A stretch of DNA of 44,434 bases from Elusimicrobiota bacterium (GTDB lineage: Bacteria > Elusimicrobiota > Elusimicrobia > Elusimicrobiales > UBA9959), in NCBI GenBank assembly GCA_037137395.1, contig JBAXKK010000011.1, forward strand, positions 1-44,434. The letters are read 5' to 3'. Of the stretch, positions 1 through 9,091 are shown in pieces (position 1 is the first letter of the stretch; each line of letters starts with the position of its first letter). A model generated the notes under the pieces. That model searched no databases, was not told the origin of the DNA, and saw only the letters and a list, made by a program, of their open reading frames with translations. The translations under genes and the position numbers were made by a program.

Positions 1-40
1 ATCGCGGATAGGGTAAGGGCGCGAAGCAGGACAATGCAAT

Positions 41-1066
41 ATGCGGAATAACCGGGGCAAAACAAAAGACGCGACAGGCAAAATTAACAATATTTTGCTG
101 AAGGTGTTCTATTGCCTTGTTGCCACTTTGTCGGCCACTATCCACTATTCACTAACCACTGCCCCCTGTTACGCCGGAGGCTTCAACAATAATTCCGCGG
201 GCACTACCACGGCACAGTTTCTTAAAATCGCGTCAGGCGCGCGCGGCGTGGCGCTGGGAGAGGCTTATTCGGCCATGGCTGACGACGCTTCGGCCATGGA
301 CTGGAACCCGGCCGGCTTGATAAAGATTAAGGGCCATTCCGTCTCGTTTATGCACGCCCCTTACCTCGCGGACACCTTCGTTGATTTCTTCTCCTACGGC
401 GAAAAATCCGGCGAGATGGGGGCCATGGGCATGGCTTTCAAATATATGAATTACGGAACGATAAAAAAGACCGACCAGGCCGGCGTGGAGATAGGAAAGG
501 TCACACCCTATGATATGGCCTTTAGCGTTGGTTTCGCCACTTACATCACCGGCTTCAACAAGGACCCCGAGGAGCGTTTTGTTCTGGGAGCCTCCGGAAA
601 GCTCATCAGGTCTCAACTGCTCTCCTCGGATAATACTATTTCAGCCGATATTGGAATATTGTTCCCATATTTTTTTGATAACCGCTTCCAGTTGGCGATG
701 ACGGCGCAGAACTTCATAGGCACACTGCGCTACGATAAAATTGAATCCCCCCTGCCGTTGATACTCCGTCTGGGCAGCGCTACGCGCATCACAGATTACC
801 TCGCCGTAACCGCGGACATAGTGGCCGTAAATGACAATTACCCCTTCCTTGCCATGGGCGGAGAACTTAAGGCGGGCCTGGGAAGCGACGCCGATCTGTT
901 TCTGCGCGCCGGCTTCAACACGCGCGCGATTTCCGACATAAGCGGGTTGCGCAATTTAACCTTCGGGACCGGATTCCGCTACACTTCCTACTCGATAGAC
1001 TACTCTTTTTCCCCCTTCGGCGAACTCGGCTCGGTTCACCGCATCTCCGCGAACATGAACTTTTAA
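41..1066 (+). CDS. PorV/PorQ-like (UPF0164) outer-membrane beta-barrel protein
   Basis: FLKIASGARGVALGEAYSAMADDASAMDWNPAGL N-terminal motif typical of the family; C-terminal ...GSVHRISANMNF ending in Phe; start uncertain. Confidence 0.8.
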   Translation: MRNNRGKTKDATGKINNILLKVFYCLVATLSATIHYSLTTAPCYAGGFNNNSAGTTTAQFLKIASGARGVALGEAYSAMADDASAMDWNPAGLIKIKGHSVSFMHAPYLADTFVDFFSYGEKSGEMGAMGMAFKYMNYGTIKKTDQAGVEIGKVTPYDMAFSVGFATYITGFNKDPEERFVLGASGKLIRSQLLSSDNTISADIGILFPYFFDNRFQLAMTAQNFIGTLRYDKIESPLPLILRLGSATRITDYLAVTADIVAVNDNYPFLAMGGELKAGLGSDADLFLRAGFNTRAISDISGLRNLTFGTGFRYTSYSIDYSFSPFGELGSVHRISANMNF

Positions 1067-1081
1067 CAACAATCACCGCCG

Positions 1082-1160
1082 ACCGGTAACAGGTCAGCGG
1101 TGAATATAATGGATATCCTCCACCGGCTACCGATTACTGGTTACCGACTAGTTACTACAC
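1082..1160. repeat. Inverted pair of degenerate heptamer arrays (CCGGTAA / TTACCGR)
   Basis: ccggtaa caggtca gcggtga ... ccaccgg ctaccga ttactgg ttaccga, between convergent genes. Confidence 0.6.
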
Positions 1161-1171
1161 GATGTTATTAT

Positions 1172-2422
1172 TTAATTCCCGGTTACTTTATCGCGGCTGG
1201 AAGTGAGAGGGAAGGCGATGCCGGTCCAGAGGCCGGAGAAAAGCATAGCGGCGCCCGCATAGGCCGCGGCCGGAATAGCGCCGGCGGCAGTCGCAGCCGA
1301 AAGGACAACCGAAGTTACTCCCTTTGAAAAACGGTAGGAAAAGGCGTCCGCCACCTGTTTTGCGCGATAGCGCGTGTCATATGAGAACGGGATGTACAGC
1401 GTTTCCTTTGAGGCTCTGAAAATAGAATAGTCCATGCCTTTAAACAGCAGGAAGGCAAGGCCCGCGGTGAATATACCGGGACGCATCAGCAGAAAAGCGC
1501 AGGTGCATATATGGACCACAGGTATCGCAACCTGTATCCACCGCACCTTTATATAGCGAAGGAGCAGCGGGGTCAGAAGGAACTGCATGCTGAAGGAAAA
1601 AATATTAACCTTCATCCAGAAAGATCCGAAAAACGCGGTACGCAGATCTTTTTCCGGCAGGACCTCGCGCGCCAGCTGGGTAAACCTTAAATCAAGAAGC
1701 GTGCCGACCACCTGCGCGGTGAATATGATTATGGCGATATACAGAACGGTCCTGTTCTCTTTTAATATGCTCAAGTGCAGGTGGCCTTTCCTGCCGCACG
1801 CCTCCGCCTGAGTCGGCGCCGGTTCCCCGCCCTGCTTATAAGCAAGCCAAAAAAGCGCCAGCGCCGGCATGAAAGCCGCCGCCGACAATAATATGAACGT
1901 CTCGCTGTGGAGCGCAACTACGTAACGGCTAAGAATAAAGCCGCCCGCCAGAGATCCTAAAGCCCCCAACCCCGCCACCGGCCCGTTAAAAACTCTCCCT
2001 TCTTCATCCTTAAGCGTGCTGTTAATAAAAGACCAATACTGCTCGGCAATAATTACCACATATGATTCTTTGAAAATATAAAATAAAAAAACCAGCCATT
2101 TATTACCGGTTTTTAAGCCGAAAAAGGCCAGCGTGAATACCGTGGCGCTTATAAGCATGGAACCAGCCATGGCCCTGGCGCTTCCAACGGCCGAAAGCAG
2201 GCGGCCATAGAGATAGATAAGAGCCAGCATCATGACCGGCACGCAGCTCAAAGCGTAAGGCTTGCTCTCGGCGCTGAAATGGGAAAGAAAAATAGATTCG
2301 GCTGTGGAACGGATAAATTCATAGCCGCAAAAAAGGAACATGGCGGAAAACCCCGCCAAGAACACGGCCTTGGCAACATGCAGGCCTCGCTCTGTCTTTA
2401 AAGCCGCTGTGAGAGTTGACAT
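1172..2422 (-). CDS. MFS transporter, NTP/NDP exchange (Npt/TLC-like) family
   Basis: Many hydrophobic helices; QYWSFINS, DYSIFRASKETLYIP and RYRAKQVAD motifs resemble ADP/ATP translocase-like carriers. Confidence 0.75.
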   Translation of the reverse strand: MSTLTAALKTERGLHVAKAVFLAGFSAMFLFCGYEFIRSTAESIFLSHFSAESKPYALSCVPVMMLALIYLYGRLLSAVGSARAMAGSMLISATVFTLAFFGLKTGNKWLVFLFYIFKESYVVIIAEQYWSFINSTLKDEEGRVFNGPVAGLGALGSLAGGFILSRYVVALHSETFILLSAAAFMPALALFWLAYKQGGEPAPTQAEACGRKGHLHLSILKENRTVLYIAIIIFTAQVVGTLLDLRFTQLAREVLPEKDLRTAFFGSFWMKVNIFSFSMQFLLTPLLLRYIKVRWIQVAIPVVHICTCAFLLMRPGIFTAGLAFLLFKGMDYSIFRASKETLYIPFSYDTRYRAKQVADAFSYRFSKGVTSVVLSAATAAGAIPAAAYAGAAMLFSGLWTGIAFPLTSSRDKVTGN

Positions 2423-2432
2423 ATAGGGAATA

Positions 2433-2503
2433 CTTAAGGATTAAGCACTAAGGATTAGGTTTGTAATTTTTTACCTCTTACCACTTAATCCTTAATCCTG
2501 ATC
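2433..2503. repeat. Inverted pair of heptamer arrays (TTAAGGA / CTTAATC)
   Basis: ttaagga ttaagca ctaagga ttagg ... cttacca cttaatc cttaatc ctgatc. Confidence 0.75.
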
Positions 2504-3706
2504 TTAGTACTTAAATTGACCTTTTTCGTAGATGGTGACCGCGGCCCCGTTCTTAAGCTTCGCGGTCACTTTTTTATCCTCGGTGTTAATCAGATCCCAG
2601 TGGACGGCTGAACTGTTATAGCCAAGTTTTTCTTTTTTCTCTTTGGTGAGTTTGGAGATATCGCCCGAGTAAGTGTCGGAATATGAATCGCCTATGGCCA
2701 CATGACAGTTGCCGTACTTGCCGCCGTGGTTCTCGTCAAAAAGAGTGTCGGCCATGAATTTATCAATCCGGGAGAAGCGTTTATCGGTGAGCGAATATTC
2801 GCCCAGCTGCGCCGCGCCGCGGTCGGTCACCATGATCTTTTTCACGTATTCCGCGCCTTTGTTAGCGCTGACCCTGACCGCTCGGCCATTTTTAAACTCT
2901 ATGCGTATGCCTTCAACATAGTTGCCGCCCCGGAAAGCTGGCAGGTTGGCGTAATACATACCATTAGTGCCGCGCCAATCCGGCGAAGTGAAAATCTCAA
3001 AGCTCGGGATATTGTGGCCGCTCACTCCCAGAAAACGCCGCATGTCGCCGACCTTTATCTCAAAGTCCATGGACGCGGATTCGGTCCGGATCGTGTCAAT
3101 GTTAAGGCCGTTTAGCCATTTTTTTATGGATGTGGAATTCTTGTATATATCCGCCCATTTCTTAACCGGATCTTTTTCGCCGAGGAAACAGGCTTTGGCG
3201 ATCTGAGTGGCGTATTCCCTTACGGACAGCCGCGCCTGTCTGGCAAGTTCCGCCGTAGGATAGGTGCACAGCGTCCAGCCGAATTTCCCCTTTTCCTCGT
3301 TGGCGGTCATAATATCCCTGAGAGGCTTGCGGGCTATAGCCGTTTCGGATTGTCTCTTTGTGTCTATCCCTTTGAGGTGAGTGAGCGAGGCAGGCGCGTG
3401 GATATATATATTGCCATTGATCGCGCTGAAAAATTCCTTATCTCCGGCCGCTACAAATTTGCGCTGGGCCTGATCGGAGTGCATGTAAAAATCGCGTTCA
3501 AGCTGCGGGCTGGCCATAAAGCGGAAGACCACATTATTTTTGGCCTGTATCAGTTTGCGGTTGAGGATCTCTCCGAGTTCTCTGCCTTCAAGATCACAGC
3601 GGACCAGAATAGTGTCATATTTTTTAAAACCGGGCCGGGCAATCTTAAGCCCCCAGATCAGCACATCCGCGTATTTTTCCAACTGCACCTTTGACAGAAC
3701 GCTCAT
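2504..3706 (-). CDS. Aminopeptidase, M29 (AmpS/aminopeptidase II-like) family
   Basis: NIPSFEIFTSP, LGEYSL, DTLFDEN, CHVAIG, SAVHWDL metal-binding motifs; GGAGG RBS before ATG 3706. Confidence 0.9.
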   Translation of the reverse strand: MSVLSKVQLEKYADVLIWGLKIARPGFKKYDTILVRCDLEGRELGEILNRKLIQAKNNVVFRFMASPQLERDFYMHSDQAQRKFVAAGDKEFFSAINGNIYIHAPASLTHLKGIDTKRQSETAIARKPLRDIMTANEEKGKFGWTLCTYPTAELARQARLSVREYATQIAKACFLGEKDPVKKWADIYKNSTSIKKWLNGLNIDTIRTESASMDFEIKVGDMRRFLGVSGHNIPSFEIFTSPDWRGTNGMYYANLPAFRGGNYVEGIRIEFKNGRAVRVSANKGAEYVKKIMVTDRGAAQLGEYSLTDKRFSRIDKFMADTLFDENHGGKYGNCHVAIGDSYSDTYSGDISKLTKEKKEKLGYNSSAVHWDLINTEDKKVTAKLKNGAAVTIYEKGQFKY

Positions 3707-3737
3707 TTCAGCCTCCATGACGGCGATTTAAATCCGC

Positions 3738-6386
3738 TTATATTATTTTAATTCTTTTATCTATCACGCGGCGGGTCTTGCCGGTGCGCTGCACGCGCTC
3801 TATACTGCCGGGCTTCAATATCTCTATCTCCGGCTTATCCAGCCACTTCATCCGGATACTATCCTTCAGATCTTCGCAATGTGCCTCTATCTCTTCCATA
3901 AGCCGGCTTCCGAGCTTCCCAACGGTCTTTGCCGGAATTACGGCGTCTTTGGATTCCACGCGTATCTTCAGCGTGTCCTTGTGCCCTTTCTTATCGATAA
4001 CGACCTGAAAATTAAAGCTCAGCTCCGGAACCCTGCCAAGAGCGTTTTGAATATCATTGACGAACAAATGCGCCCCGCCCACATGAATACGGTCGTCGCA
4101 GCGGCCAAGGATCTCAAAACTCGGCTCTTTGCGTCCGCACGCGCAGCGCCGGTCCACCCAGCGGCCCAGATCACCGACCCTGTAGCGGATTATAGGCATA
4201 TGCTTCTTATTAAGCCCCGTGACAACCAGCTCACCGATCTCGCCGCGCGCCACCGTTTTAAGGCTGTCCCTGTCCACGAACTCAATGTACTGGCTGAAGG
4301 CGAAAAGATGATGCAAACCCTTTGAGCATGCCTCACACTGGAAACCGATCACGCCCGCGTCCGCGGTGGCGTAGCCGGCGGAACGGACCGCCGCCCCTGG
4401 AAACACGCTTTGAAAAAACTTGATCATCTCTTCTCCGACATATTCCCCGCCGTAGAAGATCTTGTTGATATGCAGTTTATACTTCCCTTCTCCCGCGGCC
4501 ACGAACTCAGCCAGTTTGATCATGAAAGACGGCAGGCCGATTATTGTTGTGACCTTAAAATCCTCAAGGTATTTAACAATACTCTCTAAAGGTAAATTGC
4601 TGCCTATCGGCACCGAAATAGCCTTGGTATAAGCGATCGCCTTCTCAACGGAAAGCCAGCTGGACCACAGGTTCCCGGCCACGAACAGATTGGCGATAAC
4701 GTCGGCGGCGCCCAGCCCTCCGGCCTCAAAAGCGAAAGACAACATCCTGCAGGTATGATCGTATTCGTGCTGGTCATAAAACACGTACTTCGGAGAGCCG
4801 GTAGAGCCGCCGCTTGCAAAATAAATGCCGCGCTGAACCTTAGAGGTCAGCAGGTCGGAGCTGTCAGGGGGAGTGTTCTCAAGCACATGATGTTTTTCAA
4901 GGAACGGGACTCGGGCAAAATCCGAGATGGAGGCTATCCTAGGAACATCCTTAAAATGCCTCTTATAGAAAGGGCTGCGGGACCTGGCGTGCTCAACAAG
5001 TTCGCTCAAACGGTCCAACTGGGAGGGTTTTTCCTCCATCGGAACCCAATTAACCAGCGACATCATCGGAAAGATCCCGTCATGGGGCGAACCGTTTGCC
5101 TCCTCAAGCATTTTGCCCAATTTAACCACGCGCGCGATACCGGCGGGGCCTAATATTTCCAGGACCCGCTTGCGCTCGATAGACCCGCCCACGCCCACAG
5201 TTTGTATATAGCCGCGTAGCGGCTTAAGCTTATCCCGCACTTCTTCAAGGGTCTCCACGGTTTTAACATAAAGCACGCGATTCAACGGCGAAACACGATA
5301 AACCGGATCCTTCTCATAGATCACGGTCCAGTCGGTCTTAGGAGCCGAGCTCTCGTACGAGGCCGCGCCCAGAGCCGCGTCGGCGCGGGCAAGCTGACGG
5401 GCGCGGGTTATTTCAACCTGCTCATCCTGAGAGAGCCGGCCGGGCGGCAGCTCTTTGGCCAGGCGCGAAAAATGCTTGCGAGCCTCTTTAAGAAATGAGG
5501 CCGCCAGCGCTTTATGTCTTTTGGCCGGCGCTATGAAATAAAGGGTGTGAAGCGAGGAGCAGGCGGCCTGATCCCAAAGCGAAGCGTCCAGGGCTGCCCG
5601 GCGGGCTATTTCGCCCATTCCCTCGTTGTCCACACAACTCTCAAAAACTACTCCGACGCTGGTCTTTGGACCGAAACCTTCCACACGGACGTCTATGGGA
5701 GCTATCCTTCGGTAAGACTGCACGGCGTCGTAGCCCCCCCAGACAAAAACAGCGTTCACATTTTTCAACGCTGCCTCTTCCAAAACCTGGTCCCCACCCT
5801 TCCAGTTCAGCACCGCGGCGGAAGCCGAAAGAACGCCTTTCCCGTCTGCCTCTTTAAGCGCTTCCATGAAAATATTTATAAAATTGGAACCTGACGATGA
5901 AAGTTTCACGATATTGACGTTCTTGGTCAGGAAACCCGTCACCATTGAGTCCAGTATCCCGAGAAAAACATTGCCGGCCCCGACGTGCAGAACCACTCCT
6001 TTCGGTAAAGCCCTGATAAGGCCGTCATAGCCCCGGCGCTCCACGGGAACTTCCAGCGCGTAGGGCAGGAACAGCTCCATATTCATGCGCTTTATCAGCG
6101 TATTCTTTTCCAAAATTTTGGGAATTAAGTCCAGACTTTTATCTATCACCGGTTCCGAGAAAGATATTTGCTTTTTTAGATGCCCCAAGGCCGCAGCGCG
6201 GTACTTGCCGCCCTTTTCAAAAAGTCTGCCGGCGCCGGACAACGTCTCGGCTATATAATCCCGCGATACGCTCCGCATAAGCGCGCGCGCGTCCTGCGCT
6301 TTAGCGCCTATGGCCTCCAGTTCAGCCGGAGTCCATGAAGACTTGTTTAAGGTTTTCCCGAATAAATAAGTGTTTTTAATGTTCAT
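3738..6386 (-). CDS. LuxC-type acyl-CoA reductase fused to phenylacetate-CoA-ligase-like (PaaK/LuxE) adenylation domain
   Basis: N-half: PKGVVLHVGAGNV, VWGG, FGPKTS, WDQAACSS (catalytic Cys), SPHDG; C-half: SGGSTGSPK, YGGE, GYATAD, RYRVGDLG, GRCDD; start moved to 6386 because upstream codons are repeat DNA. Confidence 0.85.
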   Translation of the reverse strand: MNIKNTYLFGKTLNKSSWTPAELEAIGAKAQDARALMRSVSRDYIAETLSGAGRLFEKGGKYRAAALGHLKKQISFSEPVIDKSLDLIPKILEKNTLIKRMNMELFLPYALEVPVERRGYDGLIRALPKGVVLHVGAGNVFLGILDSMVTGFLTKNVNIVKLSSSGSNFINIFMEALKEADGKGVLSASAAVLNWKGGDQVLEEAALKNVNAVFVWGGYDAVQSYRRIAPIDVRVEGFGPKTSVGVVFESCVDNEGMGEIARRAALDASLWDQAACSSLHTLYFIAPAKRHKALAASFLKEARKHFSRLAKELPPGRLSQDEQVEITRARQLARADAALGAASYESSAPKTDWTVIYEKDPVYRVSPLNRVLYVKTVETLEEVRDKLKPLRGYIQTVGVGGSIERKRVLEILGPAGIARVVKLGKMLEEANGSPHDGIFPMMSLVNWVPMEEKPSQLDRLSELVEHARSRSPFYKRHFKDVPRIASISDFARVPFLEKHHVLENTPPDSSDLLTSKVQRGIYFASGGSTGSPKYVFYDQHEYDHTCRMLSFAFEAGGLGAADVIANLFVAGNLWSSWLSVEKAIAYTKAISVPIGSNLPLESIVKYLEDFKVTTIIGLPSFMIKLAEFVAAGEGKYKLHINKIFYGGEYVGEEMIKFFQSVFPGAAVRSAGYATADAGVIGFQCEACSKGLHHLFAFSQYIEFVDRDSLKTVARGEIGELVVTGLNKKHMPIIRYRVGDLGRWVDRRCACGRKEPSFEILGRCDDRIHVGGAHLFVNDIQNALGRVPELSFNFQVVIDKKGHKDTLKIRVESKDAVIPAKTVGKLGSRLMEEIEAHCEDLKDSIRMKWLDKPEIEILKPGSIERVQRTGKTRRVIDKRIKII

Positions 6387-6394
6387 AAAAAATG

Positions 6395-6485
6395 CCGTTC
6401 GCCGTAGGCCATATGCCATAGGCAGAAACTTAAGAGACCTCTTAGAAACTTATGGCCTAAAGCATACGGCTTATGGCTTATAGCA
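6395..6485. repeat. Inverted pair of heptamer arrays (GCCATAG / TTATGGC)
   Basis: gccgttc gccgtag gccatat gccatag ... ttatggc ctaaagc atacggc ttatggc ttatagc. Confidence 0.8.
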
Positions 6486-6495
6486 AGCGCGGCGG

Positions 6496-7737
6496 TTACA
6501 ACATTGTCGCCGCGCTTATCGCACAGCCTTTAAGCTTCCTGACTCCGCCGCGGCCTTTTATAACCAGCACATCTCCGCCTATACCGCATTTACATCCTTT
6601 CTCCACGCGGCCCATGTCGCTGGAAAGAAGAGAGAGAGACGGGTAGCTGGTCAGATATGGCGTGATAAACTGCAGCAGCCCGTCACGCCCATAGCCAAGC
6701 GGTTTCAGCGTGCCGGGATCGCGCGCTATTATACGCCCATAGTTTGGGATATGGAAATTACCCAATGGGCAATCCACGTAGGGAACGCCGTGCTCCACCA
6801 TGCCAAACAAGTCGCGCACGTTTGCACCAGGGATGCCCAGATTTTTGGCGAGTATTTCGCGGTAGATTTTTTTATCTATCGCCTCCTCGGCCAAAGTCTT
6901 CCAGCCGCCGCCGGTTATGACGCTGGATCCGGGATTAAGTTTAACCGGCCGGCCGTAACGTCTGCGAAATTCTTCGGTCAGTTTAAGCGCGAAAGCCGGG
7001 AAACCGATGAGGCGGGTGAGCTTTTGGGCGTCCTCGCATTCCTTAAGCGTCTCAAGGGCTCCTTCCATATCAAAATAAAAATCTTTCTTTTCTTTGCTCC
7101 AGCGAAAAGTGTAGAAAATCCTTCCCTGTTTTGTAAAACCGGACAGAAGTTTGTCGGTCCACGCCGTTCCCAAGTCTTTAGCGACGGCGGGGTCATAGGT
7201 GAAACAGATATAATCATGCTCTCGCCGAAGATCCGTCAGACCCAGTCCCTCGAACACCTTCCAGGCCATGCGCCTGACGCGCAGAAGCGAACCTCTGTCA
7301 AGCTGTATGCGACTGCGCGTGCCGGTGGTGCCGCTGGATTTAAGTTCCAGGACTATCTTTGATTGCGGCAAAGTGGTGAGGTCCCGTTCTTTTAAGGCGG
7401 CCACCGAAACGAAAGGCATATTGACAATGTCATGCTCGGTCTTTATAAGGGCGGGGTTAAAGCCTTCAAGTTTCAGATAGTTCCCGAGGAATTTGGAATG
7501 CCGGGCCTGGAAGCTAAAAGCTTCACGCATGGCGGCGCAGAAAAGCCCGGAGGGTTTAGCCCCGAATTCAAAAGCGGGCGCCTCTATAACGCGGTCCATG
7601 GCGGACTGTATCTTGAGGGGTGTGTAAAACGGGGGCGCGTCAGCGCCGCAATAATTAGCAGCGCTCTCCTGTCTTGCTGTCTTGCTATCTTGCTGCCGCG
7701 CTGTCCTGCTGCCGCGCTGTCTTTTCATATCAATCAT
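6496..7737 (-). CDS. LuxE-family acyl-protein synthetase
   Basis: SSGTTGTRS, LIGFP, GGGWK, DLFGMVE, C-terminal KGCA acylated-Cys motif as in LuxE; start overlaps upstream GNAT stop. Confidence 0.88.
   Translation of the reverse strand: MIDMKRQRGSRTARQQDSKTARQESAANYCGADAPPFYTPLKIQSAMDRVIEAPAFEFGAKPSGLFCAAMREAFSFQARHSKFLGNYLKLEGFNPALIKTEHDIVNMPFVSVAALKERDLTTLPQSKIVLELKSSGTTGTRSRIQLDRGSLLRVRRMAWKVFEGLGLTDLRREHDYICFTYDPAVAKDLGTAWTDKLLSGFTKQGRIFYTFRWSKEKKDFYFDMEGALETLKECEDAQKLTRLIGFPAFALKLTEEFRRRYGRPVKLNPGSSVITGGGWKTLAEEAIDKKIYREILAKNLGIPGANVRDLFGMVEHGVPYVDCPLGNFHIPNYGRIIARDPGTLKPLGYGRDGLLQFITPYLTSYPSLSLLSSDMGRVEKGCKCGIGGDVLVIKGRGGVRKLKGCAISAATML
7668..7723. repeat. Octamer tandem array in 5' end of luxE-like ORF
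   Basis: cctgtctt gctgtctt gctatctt gctgccgc gctgtcct gctgccgc gctgtctt (7 units). Confidence 0.85.
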
Positions 7738-8920
7738 TCCTGAAAGCGGATTCTATGTAATGTTCGCGCCAGAGCGACAGGTATTCCCGCAGGAAATTCT
7801 TATATAGCGAGAGAAGCTTCACGTTCCGGAAATCCAACACTTCGAAGGTTCTGGAAAAAACTATGCAGTCATAGCGTTTGTTGCCGGATTTCTTTACGCA
7901 GGGAAAATAGCCGCTGGGGATGTAGCGGGCGTCCATGGCTTCGCGCTGAAGTTGCGGAGTGTAGGCGTCCAGGATAATCTCTACATAGGCCATGTTCATA
8001 TCGCTAAGCTTCAGGGCAATGCTTTCAAGGACCACCGTAGCGCTTGTCTCTTTGGTTACGCCGCCCATGATAACGCTGTATTTATCTTTCTGGTTGTAAC
8101 TCAGATAGACTTCCGTGGACTGGTCCGGAGCGATAAAAAGCAGATTCGGCTCATGGAAGGGCATGTAGGCGTGTTCGAAAAAGCTGTTGCTTTTGAGATT
8201 TTTAAATCTGTTCTTTATGAACGCCGGCGCCGTTATTATCTCCAAAGGCAGGGGCGGTATCATGTGCCGGTTTTCCTGATAAAGACTTTCGACCTCGGTT
8301 ACGGCAGGAGCTTCCAGATTTATCTGCCGGCGGACCAGGTCGTAGAACGGAACAATTTCATGAACAAGATTTGGTTTAGGCTCCCTTTTCTTCAGCGCCT
8401 CTTCGGTGAAATAAGCGGTCAGACAATGCGTCTCATTCTCATTCACCTTGTGCGTGTTCGGAAAGATTCCGAGCTTAACGAAGCCCAGGCTCTCGGTCAG
8501 TTTTTGCGGCGCGTGGCTGGCTGTGCGCGTGGTGGCGTAAACCACGTCCGCCAGCTTATGGGTATGAGTGATAGCGTCCAGAACCAGCTTCATCATGGTG
8601 TACGCCAGATCCAGTTTCCGGTATTCCTTAGACACCACGGCGCCGAAAGCTTTCGCTATTCGGTCGGAGATATCCAGGGCATAGACCAGGCTGCCAATAA
8701 TTCTCCCCTCGCTCTCTGCTACCAGCCAATAATAGCTGTCGTTCTCTATGGCGCGCCGCATCTTATCTTTGTCGGTTATAAGCGATATGGCGTAATTGCC
8801 GCCGTAGACCTCGGCGTATAGCATCTGAATACGGCGCATGTCCGGGATTTTGGCCAGCCTGATGGTGATATCAGCTTTCCCCCCGTTCTTTATAGTCTGT
8901 TCCATTTTTTTTAGCGTCAT
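7730..8920 (-). CDS. GNAT-family acyltransferase (probably tandem GNAT-like domains)
   Basis: ITIRLA..., WLVAESEGRIIGS, AVVSKEYRKLDLA (motif A-like), QKLTESLGFVKLG; second degenerate copy ARYIPSGYFP. Confidence 0.75.
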   Translation of the reverse strand: MTLKKMEQTIKNGGKADITIRLAKIPDMRRIQMLYAEVYGGNYAISLITDKDKMRRAIENDSYYWLVAESEGRIIGSLVYALDISDRIAKAFGAVVSKEYRKLDLAYTMMKLVLDAITHTHKLADVVYATTRTASHAPQKLTESLGFVKLGIFPNTHKVNENETHCLTAYFTEEALKKREPKPNLVHEIVPFYDLVRRQINLEAPAVTEVESLYQENRHMIPPLPLEIITAPAFIKNRFKNLKSNSFFEHAYMPFHEPNLLFIAPDQSTEVYLSYNQKDKYSVIMGGVTKETSATVVLESIALKLSDMNMAYVEIILDAYTPQLQREAMDARYIPSGYFPCVKKSGNKRYDCIVFSRTFEVLDFRNVKLLSLYKNFLREYLSLWREHYIESAFRND

Positions 8921-9091
8921 AAACCCTGCCCCTTTTATCAGCGTCCAGCTGGCCGTTTGTCGGCCGCAAGCCCCGGTGCGTCGCATCCTGAGGATTGTTC
9001 CGGGGCGCTATATAATATAATATAGTAAAAATGGCCCGCCTTTTGCATGCGCTGAGATAACCAAGTGGGCCGCACTCTAAGGAAAACAATA

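Noticed and set aside
3738..7737. Bioluminescence operon
   Set aside because: No luciferase (luxA/B), luxD or luxG in the window; only reductase and synthetase homologues.
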